Of a stretch of 64,000 nt of DNA, positions 48,463 through 56,243 are shown piece by piece. Position numbers and translations under genes: made by a program. The notes under the pieces were generated by a model. That model was not told the origin of the DNA, did not search any database, and was given only the letters and a program-made list of their open reading frames with translations. Numbering within the stretch: position 1 is the first letter of the stretch; the number at the start of each line of letters is the position of its first letter. The DNA is from Clostridia bacterium (GTDB taxonomy: Bacteria; Bacillota; Clostridia; Oscillospirales; CAG-272): the NCBI GenBank assembly GCA_017441005.1, contig JAFSAM010000077.1:6443-70442 (forward strand), written 5' to 3'.

Positions 48463-49551
48463 TTATACCGTAAATTCAAAATGCTCAAGGTCAACGCCGC
48501 CTCGTGCAATCGCAATTCGGTAATTATATGTATAAGAGCCCTTTTCCAAAGAGGCAAGATCAAGATCATTATTCATATCGCATAAGTTAAGACCATAGAC
48601 ATTCGTGAAATTGTTTTTCAGAGATGATCTGACAAGCTTTCCGTCTGCATCTTTAATTGTTGCATAGGCGTAGTTCAAGGGAAACGTGGATGTTATTTTG
48701 CCGTTTAGTCCGTTCTTTATCGTGTCGGGGTTATTTTTTTCTTCAAGGATAATATATGCATCCTTCGGTTCATCGCCGTTGGTGTAGATTTCAAGGGTTA
48801 TGGGCATAAAATGCTTTTCGTAAAGTTTTTCAAAGGTGTACTTTCTGCCAACAAACCAGGTTGTGTTAATGTCTACGGTTTTGTCCCAGGCATTAGTCTG
48901 CTCGATTACAGCAACAGTGCTTTTTTCCCCGTCAATAGTGCCGTTTTCGTTATATACGACCTCGGCATCGGAGTATACCATTCTCACGTGTCCCGCTCCG
49001 GGTTTGCAGTAGTACAAAATGTCTGCTGACTTCAGCATTCCGTATGCTTCAAAAATTTTTGTTTTGGGGTTGAAATCCCAAATGTTGAATGATGAATAAT
49101 CGTCTCCGTATTGTTCGAAGGGGATTTTTATATCGTTGGGGAACTTAAAAATTCCGGGATACCATTTTTGCGGTTTTGTTCCGCCGATACCGCCGTTGCT
49201 GATAAGCTGTTGCAGAGCCATTGAAATAGAAGACGAACAATGGTTTCCCACGATTTCATCGAAATAAAAAACGTCGTTGTTGTCAAAAACACCGTTGTCA
49301 ACAAATTGCTCGAACTGATCGAGTGTAGCCTTCATTCCGGAGTAGGATACACCGTAATAGGTCTTGCCTTTTTCATAGGTAAGATCTACGTTTGTTCGTG
49401 GACCTTTTTTGATTATGGTAAATGTCTGCTTTGGTGTCCATTTAATCTGCGACATTTTTATCATATAATCGAGAACAATCTGTCTGTAATCTCCCCGGGG
49501 AGCAGGAATCTTTGCGATTTTACAATTATCGGAAACTATAGCATTATTCAT
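48463..49551 (-). CDS. P-family paralog 3, without signal peptide (predicted cytoplasmic)
   Basis: MNNAIVSDNCKI... The blocks 'QIKWTPKQTF', 'GNHCSSSISMALQQ', 'AGHVRMVYS', 'VIEQTNAWD' and 'TTWFVGRKYTF' align with paralogs 1, 2 and 4. An AAGGGAGAG RBS lies 7 nt before the ATG at 49551. Confidence 0.75.
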   Translation of the reverse strand: MNNAIVSDNCKIAKIPAPRGDYRQIVLDYMIKMSQIKWTPKQTFTIIKKGPRTNVDLTYEKGKTYYGVSYSGMKATLDQFEQFVDNGVFDNNDVFYFDEIVGNHCSSSISMALQQLISNGGIGGTKPQKWYPGIFKFPNDIKIPFEQYGDDYSSFNIWDFNPKTKIFEAYGMLKSADILYYCKPGAGHVRMVYSDAEVVYNENGTIDGEKSTVAVIEQTNAWDKTVDINTTWFVGRKYTFEKLYEKHFMPITLEIYTNGDEPKDAYIILEEKNNPDTIKNGLNGKITSTFPLNYAYATIKDADGKLVRSSLKNNFTNVYGLNLCDMNNDLDLASLEKGSYTYNYRIAIARGGVDLEHFEFTV

Positions 49552-49727
49552 AGGTGTACTCTCCCTTTTTGTGGTTTTGGTTGTATATGTTTCAATTGGA
49601 TTATAGCACAAATGCGGTTAGTTGTAAAGTGATGATTATAGTTTTTCATTTGTAGAATTTTATCAATATAAGTCACTTTTTTAAAATATTATTTTGTGAG
49701 CTGTTTTGTTAACTTATAAAAAAATAT

Positions 49728-49778
49728 AGACACATCATCCTTGAAAACTCCCAAATGATGTGTCCAACTTTTTTATTG
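49728..49778 (+). terminator. H-family conserved hairpin, copy H4 (start of a ~95-bp repeat shared with H5)
   Basis: AGACACATCAT (49728-38), loop, ATGATGTGTCC (49755-65), then AACTTTTTT. Confidence 0.85.
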
Positions 49779-49785
49779 TTTTTAT

Positions 49786-49920
49786 TCAAGTTTTTAGCAC
49801 GCCTTTTTTCAAAAAGCGACCCGCGTCCCCTTTATTTGCTTGCGCTTTTCGAAACGCAACGGCAACCGCTACAGTCATACCGACCATAGGATTGTTACCT
49901 GCGCCGATGAGAGCTATCAT
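49786..49920 (-). CDS. 44-aa small hydrophobic/basic protein (candidate small membrane peptide)
   Basis: MIALIGAGNNPMVGMTVAVAVAFRKAQANKGDAGRFLKKGVLKT. It starts 7 nt after the DUF4926-like stop. A second copy at 63623-63725 differs mostly at third codon positions. Confidence 0.45.
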   Translation of the reverse strand: MIALIGAGNNPMVGMTVAVAVAFRKAQANKGDAGRFLKKGVLKT

Positions 49921-49927
49921 TATATTT

Positions 49928-50176
49928 TCAATCTCCAAATTCAGCTTTTATCTGTTCATTGATAATGGCGTGCATTACGGGAATAAGTTTTAGGTCCTCT
50001 TCTTTGATTGGGATCTCAGCGATATCTTCTTTCTCACCACATTGAGGGAAACATACGTCCCACTCTCCGTCTATGCATTCTTCCAACCAAATAACGCCTT
50101 GCATACCTTTATGCACGCCGTATTTGGCATACTTTTCTTTTTCAACTATTATTTCTACACAATCTAAATATTTCAT
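49928..50176 (-). CDS. DUF4926-like small protein (candidate antitoxin/immunity partner)
   Basis: 82 aa. The pattern 'D.VEIIV...YAKYGVHKGMQGVIW...GEWDVCF...EDIAEIPIKEEDL' matches my recollection of DUF4926. It starts 1 nt after the upstream gene's stop. Confidence 0.55.
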   Translation of the reverse strand: MKYLDCVEIIVEKEKYAKYGVHKGMQGVIWLEECIDGEWDVCFPQCGEKEDIAEIPIKEEDLKLIPVMHAIINEQIKAEFGD

Positions 50177-50177
50177 A

Positions 50178-50519
50178 TTATTTACCCCCGTATGGTGTAT
50201 TTAAAGATATGTGCCCATTAGGATATACCGTCCATCCTGTAATAAAAGATACAAATTCTCCTTTTGTTTTATTTGGAATCTCTACCCTTATACTGATTCT
50301 TTGGCCATACTTATTCAATAGACCTAATTGGTACTCTCCGTTAATATATTTTTCTAATGCTTGTTTCTTTACCTCGTTTTGTAACCATTTTGCATCTGCT
50401 ACAGTATAGCCCCAAGAATTGAACATTTTCTCCTTTGTATGACTGTATTGTTTTTCTGTGTTAAACAGGTATGGATCAAATTTTGAGTATGGGCAGTTAG
50501 CAGTGCCATTGAACATCAC
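50178..50519 (-). CDS. DUF6883-like domain protein, part of a longer disrupted gene
   Basis: 'KFDPYLFN...SHTKEKMFNSWGYT...YGQRISIRVEI...FITGWTV...ISLNTPYG' fits the DUF6883 pattern as I recall it. The frame is open upstream to 50708 and encodes a Cys/His zinc-ribbon-like segment, with no start codon in that stretch. Confidence 0.55.
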   Translation of the reverse strand: MMFNGTANCPYSKFDPYLFNTEKQYSHTKEKMFNSWGYTVADAKWLQNEVKKQALEKYINGEYQLGLLNKYGQRISIRVEIPNKTKGEFVSFITGWTVYPNGHISLNTPYGGK

Positions 50520-50889
50520 ATTAACATATGGTATATCCTCTAATATACAATGACAATAAGTGTGGTGCGGGTGCTTGGGATGAGATTCTTTTGAGAACCA
50601 ACAATTATGCAGTTTTAGACATTCAGAGCAATGATTAGGGCTTAAATTTCTGTGAATCCATTTTACCCACTGCGGTTCTGTGGGGATTGAGTCCTCCGTT
50701 TTACTGCATTAACAACTTGCGATAGATAATTCATTTGTATTCCTTTCTAATAGTATCATACTTTATTGAAATTGTAAATATATGAATTGCGGTTGTTTCG
50801 AAAGGAATTATAGCATAATTTTAAGTTATTCTCTCCCCATTGTTAAGTGAAAAAAGTTTATTCTTATTGGAGCAGATAGAAAAAATATT

Positions 50890-50940
50890 GGACACATCAA
50901 GGATGAAAACTCCCAAATGATGTGTCCAACTTTTTTATTG
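50890..50940 (+). terminator. H-family conserved hairpin, copy H5
   Basis: GGACACATCA (50890-99), loop, ATGATGTGTCC (50917-27), then AACTTTTTT. The repeat shared with H4 extends to about 50985. Confidence 0.85.
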
Positions 50941-51027
50941 TTTTTATTCAAGTTTTTAGCACGCCTTTTTTTCAAAAAGCGACCGTAGTTTCTTTTACTC
51001 TTTCGACATCGCAGTGCTTTTTTTCTT

Positions 51028-51726
51028 CTATATTATTTGATCCTGCAAAGGGTTATTTATAGTGAATATTTCATATTCCCCGCCTTTTATCCTTTCGATC
51101 AGGTCTGCTTCACATTCAATAGCATTTTCACAACGTATGCCTGCAAGTCTTTTGGCGGCGGAGGCAACGTGATTGTCCGAGCCTGCAAAGTGCAGCAGCT
51201 TATAAAAATCGGCATAGATTCTGGCAAGATCGTTTTCTTCTTCAGATCGTGATGCGTTGACAATCTCAACGCCATGAACCTCTCTGGGATAAAGTCGTAT
51301 ATGATCTATATATGATGCCTCGCGATAGGGATGAGCCTGGATAACCAGTGCACCCGCTTCAGCTAAAAATCGCAGCTCGTCGCTTTTCTTCATTTCCATA
51401 ATTTCGGGGTGGTCAAGATACCATTGCTTATCCTTACCGTATATGAGAAAATCGGTACCACCATAGGTAAGTTCAACTCCGCAAAACACCTTTATTCCAA
51501 TATCATTGCCCAAAGAAAGCCCCTCTTCGTAAGCGGAAAAGTAAAATTCGATCTGCTCTGCGTATGGACGCTTTTTGTCATAATTGATATTACCGTCAAG
51601 AAAATGATTGGTGATGAATACACCGTCATAGCCCAGTTTCTTATAAAACTTAAGGCTTTCCTCCACGGTGGCGCGCGCACACTTGCTTACGGGACTTGTG
51701 TGGAGGTGAGTTTCGTACAAAAACAT
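51028..51726 (-). CDS. PHP-domain metal-dependent phosphoesterase
   Basis: N-terminal 'ETHLHTSPVSKC', plus 'IQAHPYR' and 'FAGSDNH' motifs. Confidence 0.8.
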   Translation of the reverse strand: MFLYETHLHTSPVSKCARATVEESLKFYKKLGYDGVFITNHFLDGNINYDKKRPYAEQIEFYFSAYEEGLSLGNDIGIKVFCGVELTYGGTDFLIYGKDKQWYLDHPEIMEMKKSDELRFLAEAGALVIQAHPYREASYIDHIRLYPREVHGVEIVNASRSEEENDLARIYADFYKLLHFAGSDNHVASAAKRLAGIRCENAIECEADLIERIKGGEYEIFTINNPLQDQII

Positions 51727-51729
51727 ACT

Positions 51730-53367
51730 TTATTCACCCCAATTTTCCTTAATGGACAAGTCGAATATCTCCCCGAACCTTGGTACACGTACTACCGTTT
51801 CGGGGGATTTTTTGCGTATAGCTTCCTCGATCACCCTTGCGTGCTCCATAGTCCAACGCTTGTCGTCGGTTCTATCTACGTATAGGTGGGTGAGAAAAAT
51901 GCTCTTCTTGGACTTTGTCAGCATATAATCGGCAAACTCATCTGCCACGGGCATGTAAATCTCGGGTTCAAGAGCGTGGTCGGTCAACCAAACGTGTCCG
52001 AAGGCGTAATCTGCATTATGTTCCCCATCGGTCAGACTGTAATCCCTCACATCGCAGGGAAAGATAAGCGAAGGGGCGTTTTCTGCAGTAACAAGATAAC
52101 CTACGCAAGGAGTTCCAACTTTTTCGGTGGGACGCTTGTGTGCGCCTTTAAGAACGCGTATATTCAAGGGCCCCATTTTTATTTCGTCTCCGGCTCTTAC
52201 TTCAGTAATATATTGAGACCTAACACCAAGCTCAAGCACTTTTTCTGTCAAAAAGTCCGGTACGACCCATTTTAATTCCGTATTTGCCAACGCTCTTACC
52301 GTGCGCTTTTCCAGATGGTCACCGTGTGCGTGAGTCAAAAGCATACAGTCTATGTCGCCCAAATACTCGCGAACCATTGAGGGAGTTTCGGCAAAATAGC
52401 GCAACCTATGGAAGGATACGTCCATCGCCCATTGATATCCGTGGGTCGAAAAGAGATAAGAAGAGGGAGCAAGAAGGGTTCCGTAACAGCCTCTTTTCTT
52501 GCGAAGCACGTCGAGAGAACGGCGGAAGCATCCGTCAAACAGCAATCTCTCCTCGTCGTGGCGCAGGGCCCTGATAGGATAGTTTGCTTTTAAGGTATCT
52601 GCAGAAAGCAGATACCCTTCGGTTGCCGTCCAGCGGTGGGCAAATCGCTTTGGATCAAGCTCTATGTTATATATTCCCGTATAGGTATAACCCAGTGCTT
52701 CAAAATACAGTTTTTGGGGCTCTCCCAATTCCACTAAAGGGAAATGAGTAGTTCCTTCGCTGTAGCTGTGTATATGGGTATGTATGGCTCTCTTCAAAAA
52801 CTCCGCGGGGGGGAGCGTGTTCGGCGAGTCGGTAAACTTCGATGCGTACCAGACATAATGTCCCATATCAAAGCAGGTGCCTACGTTCGGTCTGTCAGCA
52901 CGGGTAACGGCATCCAAAACCAACGATAGGCTGTCGCCATCGGCGCCGCCGGGTAATTGCCGGTTATTTTCCAGTGCTATCTTTACGGGATAATGGTTGG
53001 ATGAAATATGCTCGGAAAGCTGTGTGAGCATTACCGCGTTGTCTCCCTGAACCGGGTGAATAGTGACGATTAACTCGTTTTGCCTCATATTTGCCAAAAC
53101 AAGCTTCAGCGGTTCAAAAACGGCTGAAACGGCACCCTCCACAGTTTTGGTCTTGCCGTGGACGGTTATATTGAAGCCGTAGTCCCACAGAAGATTCGCA
53201 ATCCGCAATACCTCAGAAGGATCGGCATTAGCCTGCACGTTTCGTATCTCGATGCTTCTCACTCCGTGGTTCCACAGTTTCGGAAGAAGAATCTCGGGTC
53301 TGTTTTCTCCTTCTTCTTTTCCGCTGAGTATTTTGTATGCAACAGACATTCCAATCATTTTTAGCAT
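51730..53367 (-). CDS. fusion protein: xylose isomerase-like TIM barrel (N) + MBL-fold hydrolase (C)
   Basis: N-terminal half has 'IALENNR', 'CFDMGHY' and 'HTHIHSY'. C-terminal half has 'LLTHAHGDHL'. 545 aa. Its stop lies 3 nt before the start of the downstream PHP gene on the same strand. Confidence 0.7.
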   Translation of the reverse strand: MLKMIGMSVAYKILSGKEEGENRPEILLPKLWNHGVRSIEIRNVQANADPSEVLRIANLLWDYGFNITVHGKTKTVEGAVSAVFEPLKLVLANMRQNELIVTIHPVQGDNAVMLTQLSEHISSNHYPVKIALENNRQLPGGADGDSLSLVLDAVTRADRPNVGTCFDMGHYVWYASKFTDSPNTLPPAEFLKRAIHTHIHSYSEGTTHFPLVELGEPQKLYFEALGYTYTGIYNIELDPKRFAHRWTATEGYLLSADTLKANYPIRALRHDEERLLFDGCFRRSLDVLRKKRGCYGTLLAPSSYLFSTHGYQWAMDVSFHRLRYFAETPSMVREYLGDIDCMLLTHAHGDHLEKRTVRALANTELKWVVPDFLTEKVLELGVRSQYITEVRAGDEIKMGPLNIRVLKGAHKRPTEKVGTPCVGYLVTAENAPSLIFPCDVRDYSLTDGEHNADYAFGHVWLTDHALEPEIYMPVADEFADYMLTKSKKSIFLTHLYVDRTDDKRWTMEHARVIEEAIRKKSPETVVRVPRFGEIFDLSIKENWGE

Positions 53368-53676
53368 TACTCCTTAATTTTTATTGTATTTTTACTGTGA
53401 GAGCTCTATACTAAATGCGAAAACTCTGCATAAAGCTATAAGTCAGCCTGTTTGTTCGTATGTAATCGTCGTTGAGGAAGTTTTTACTTCCGCCGAAAGA
53501 CGTACATCATACCAATATCATAAATATTTCCATCAAAAATATGTCAAGGAATCTTTCCGGAATGTTATCACGAACGTGTTTCGATTATAACATTTATCTT
53601 TTTATTTGTCAAATATCCAACACTTCTTTTGGTCAACGTATTCACTTTTACATTATATTACTCCCCCCAAAAAATA

Positions 53677-53725
53677 TAGACACATCATGAGGATAAACTC
53701 CAAAATGATGTGTCTATATTTTTTT
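53677..53725 (+). terminator. H-family conserved hairpin, copy H6
   Basis: TAGACACATCAT (53677-88), loop 'gaggataaactccaaa', ATGATGTGTCTA (53705-16), then T-rich sequence. Confidence 0.85.
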
Positions 53726-53790
53726 GTCAATTTTGTTTATTGGAGCGATTTGTGTGCGAATGAACAATAGTGTATAATTCCGGAATATGT

Positions 53791-54876
53791 TTAAATGTCT
53801 TTCGACTGACCTTGATCTATCCAGATTCCGGTGCCGTCGGACATAATTGCGAATTGATAGGCTTCTACAAGGCTTTGAATAGTGCGGCTTAAAGCTTTTC
53901 GTTCTATAAAAAGCTCGTAGGGAGGATTCTTGAGTTCCTCCAAAATATCTTTTTGTCTCAGGTGGTGTTTGCTGTCGGATTTCGTTTTTAAAATTGAATA
54001 TACAAAGAGTGGCAAAAGACTTTTTTGTGAATTGCCTTTTTTGGGACGGTAGAGCTCGTCGAGCTCTTCTTCAGTCATCTGTTCTTCTCGTTCAATTTGA
54101 AGGCGTCTGGTGTTGCTGACAGTTTCTCGTGATATTCCATAACGGTTTAAGAGCATTGCGGCGACAAGCTGTTTTGCCTCTGTGAAAACTACTGCATACG
54201 GGGCATTTAGGAGCATCAAGCGATATAGCCTTCTGGAACGAATGATCACATCGTATGCGCAAATTTTTCCGCCGATACGAGCTTGTGCCTGTGAATAGAG
54301 GTCAGAGACGGATTTGTGATAGTATTCTTTTTCATCGTCGGATACTGAAACATTTAGGTAGTCTGACAAAAAAGAACGTTCAAAATCATCGAGAGGTGCT
54401 CCTTTCGAGAGGTTTCCGGCAATTACCTTGACGTATTCGGATACGTCCATTCTGTCTTCTATATCTTGAAGCCTTTCTATGTCAAATTTATCATACGAAA
54501 AAGGTCGAAGATAATCGTTCCAAAACTTAAAAAACGTATCGTCATTAACTTGTTTTTTGAAATCTTCAGTTGATTGAATATCGAGCAGATCCCCAAGCTT
54601 TTCCGCAAAAAAACGAATAATTGCAACATGAGCCTGCGCTTCGTCTATGAAGTATTCATAGTCTGCAAGATTCCAATTTACCAAGCAACGGTAGCTGTCA
54701 TTTTCGTCTGTATGCAGGTCTTCGCTGAAGCCTTGTCCCGGGGCGTCATAGTGCCAACCGGGAATATATAAAACTCCGTCTTCGTCGGTACGCTCAAACA
54801 TTAGAGTAATGAAATCTTTAAGCTCTAATTCGGGATCATCAAAGGAATAAAATGTTTTGTTTGCTATGTTTGACAT
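53791..54876 (-). CDS. retron-associated protein of unknown function (candidate effector), acidic N-terminal ~280 aa + C-terminal wHTH-like region
   Basis: MSNIANKTFYSFDDPELELKDF... AAAGGAGA RBS 6 nt before the ATG at 54876. C-terminal 'LRQKDILEELKNPPYELFIERKALSRTIQSLVEAYQFAIMSDGTGIWI' resembles an HTH_11-type winged helix. No nuclease, ATPase, TIR or TM motif was recognised. Confidence 0.7.
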   Translation of the reverse strand: MSNIANKTFYSFDDPELELKDFITLMFERTDEDGVLYIPGWHYDAPGQGFSEDLHTDENDSYRCLVNWNLADYEYFIDEAQAHVAIIRFFAEKLGDLLDIQSTEDFKKQVNDDTFFKFWNDYLRPFSYDKFDIERLQDIEDRMDVSEYVKVIAGNLSKGAPLDDFERSFLSDYLNVSVSDDEKEYYHKSVSDLYSQAQARIGGKICAYDVIIRSRRLYRLMLLNAPYAVVFTEAKQLVAAMLLNRYGISRETVSNTRRLQIEREEQMTEEELDELYRPKKGNSQKSLLPLFVYSILKTKSDSKHHLRQKDILEELKNPPYELFIERKALSRTIQSLVEAYQFAIMSDGTGIWIDQGQSKDI

Positions 54877-54951
54877 ATTGTTTCTCCTTTTCATATATTA
54901 CAAAAAGAGTATATCAACTTAGTTGCACCATATTAGGTACAACCACTTTTT

Positions 54952-54981
54952 ATTATATAGGATTCGATAATAAAAAGTCAA
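54952..54981 (-). promoter_or_regulatory. candidate sigma-A promoter for the retron-associated gene
   Basis: On the minus strand: TTGACT (54981-54976, overlapping the RT stop codon), 18 nt, TATAAT (54957-54952). An imperfect palindrome GTTGCACC-ATATTA-GGTACAAC at 54922-54943 follows it. Confidence 0.5.
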
Positions 54982-56030
54982 CTATTACAATGGGTATCAA
55001 AAGATTTAGACAAATTTTCTTTAGCTGCTTGAAACCATTTATTTTCAGGTTCAATTTGTAAAATGTAGTTAACTTTTCCGATAAGGTGACATTTATATCG
55101 AGCGGTATCCCATTTTCCATTTTCGAAAAAGTCATTCTTTTTTCCGTATTTCATACTGTCTTCAAGACCGAATTTTAATGCGTAATAAACATCTTGGCGA
55201 AGTGTTTTTTTATAGTCTGACGGAATAGACACTTTTTTGTTAACGCATAATCCTGTTACTGTTTGGCGCGATGAAAAGAATATGTATTTTGTTTTTTTCT
55301 TATTTACCTGAAATCCCCATCGGTTGAGCATATCTTCAATTTTGTAAGAAAGAACAACAAGAGGATAGTCGGCGGAAAAGGTTAAATCATCACAGTACCG
55401 TGTGTAGACTATGCCGCGTTCGTTACACCAAAATCCTATGTGCTCGTCAAAAGATTTCATCACAAGATTGGATAATGCGGGAGATGTAGGAGCGCCTTGT
55501 GGCAATACACCGTCTTTTGTGCAAAGGGAAGTAAGAATAACCCCGCATTGAGTTGGGAAAAGAGTGGAGGGGAAAGCTGAAGATAGAACTTGATGAAAGG
55601 TAATAGAACTAAAAAAGTCGGAAATATCCATTTTTAATAAATAAAGATGATTGATATGAGGAGCAGCATTATCTTTAAGGTTTTTTCCTTTTTTATATGC
55701 CATAGCATAAGGCGATGTTTCTGCTTTTGATATGATGTTTTGAAGTATTTTCTTTTGGACTTTTTTTAGTTTTCCGTTGGGGGAATGAATGATCCTGAAG
55801 CCGTTGCTTCTTTTGGGGATTCGTATTTCTTTATAACAAGAGTCTGCTTTCTTTGATAAAGCAAAGAGTTCTCCTGTTGTTGTGCCGAGAGTGTCGGCAA
55901 GAGATTGCAGTTCTTTTGATATGCCTTTATTGCTTTTTTGTTTTTTTGAAGAATGTGAATTGGCAAATATTCCAATGAGTTTTTTTACAAAGACTTGAAT
56001 GTTTCTGATAATGTTTGATGCTTTTTTCAT
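54978..56030 (-). CDS. retron-type reverse transcriptase
   Basis: 'IRIPKRSNGFRIIHSP', 'NAAPH' (retron NAxxH), 'LPQGAPTSPALSN', 'RYCDDLTFS' (YxDD) and 'RQTVTGLCVN' (retron VTG motif). A GGAGGA RBS precedes the ATG at 56030. Confidence 0.9.
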   Translation of the reverse strand: MKKASNIIRNIQVFVKKLIGIFANSHSSKKQKSNKGISKELQSLADTLGTTTGELFALSKKADSCYKEIRIPKRSNGFRIIHSPNGKLKKVQKKILQNIISKAETSPYAMAYKKGKNLKDNAAPHINHLYLLKMDISDFFSSITFHQVLSSAFPSTLFPTQCGVILTSLCTKDGVLPQGAPTSPALSNLVMKSFDEHIGFWCNERGIVYTRYCDDLTFSADYPLVVLSYKIEDMLNRWGFQVNKKKTKYIFFSSRQTVTGLCVNKKVSIPSDYKKTLRQDVYYALKFGLEDSMKYGKKNDFFENGKWDTARYKCHLIGKVNYILQIEPENKWFQAAKENLSKSFDTHCNS

Positions 56031-56059
56031 TGGTTTTCCTCCATTTTGGTAACAAAAAC

Positions 56060-56243
56060 CCCTTTGCAGTACAAAATGACTTGGGAAAAATCGACGAGAG
56101 TCTGAGTTACCGGAGGTAACTCAGCGGCTCGATGGAGATTTTTTTCAAGCACGCGGCTATGCCGCACACGAGGGAATAAACACCGATCAACGACTCGCTG
56201 ACCGTCTTGAAACTTTAATCAAGATGTACTCTACTGCAAAGGG
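56060..56243 (-). ncRNA. retron msr-msd non-coding RNA template
   Basis: 12-bp inverted repeats CCCTTTGCAGTA (minus strand; plus 56232-56243) and TACTGCAAAGGG (minus strand; plus 56060-56071) lie 160 nt apart. A G directly follows a1 (plus coordinate 56231), as in the Ec86 'TTA-G' context. Three short msr-like hairpins are followed by a long msd-like stem CTGAGTTAC/GTAACTCAG (56102-56124). The region ends 29 nt upstream of the RT ATG. Confidence 0.8.

Noticed and set aside
49928-50740. Prophage, suggested by the Mu F/SPP1 gp7-like Cys/His segment
   Set aside because: There are no capsid, portal, terminase, tail or integrase genes anywhere nearby. The segment is an isolated, disrupted ~0.8-kb module.
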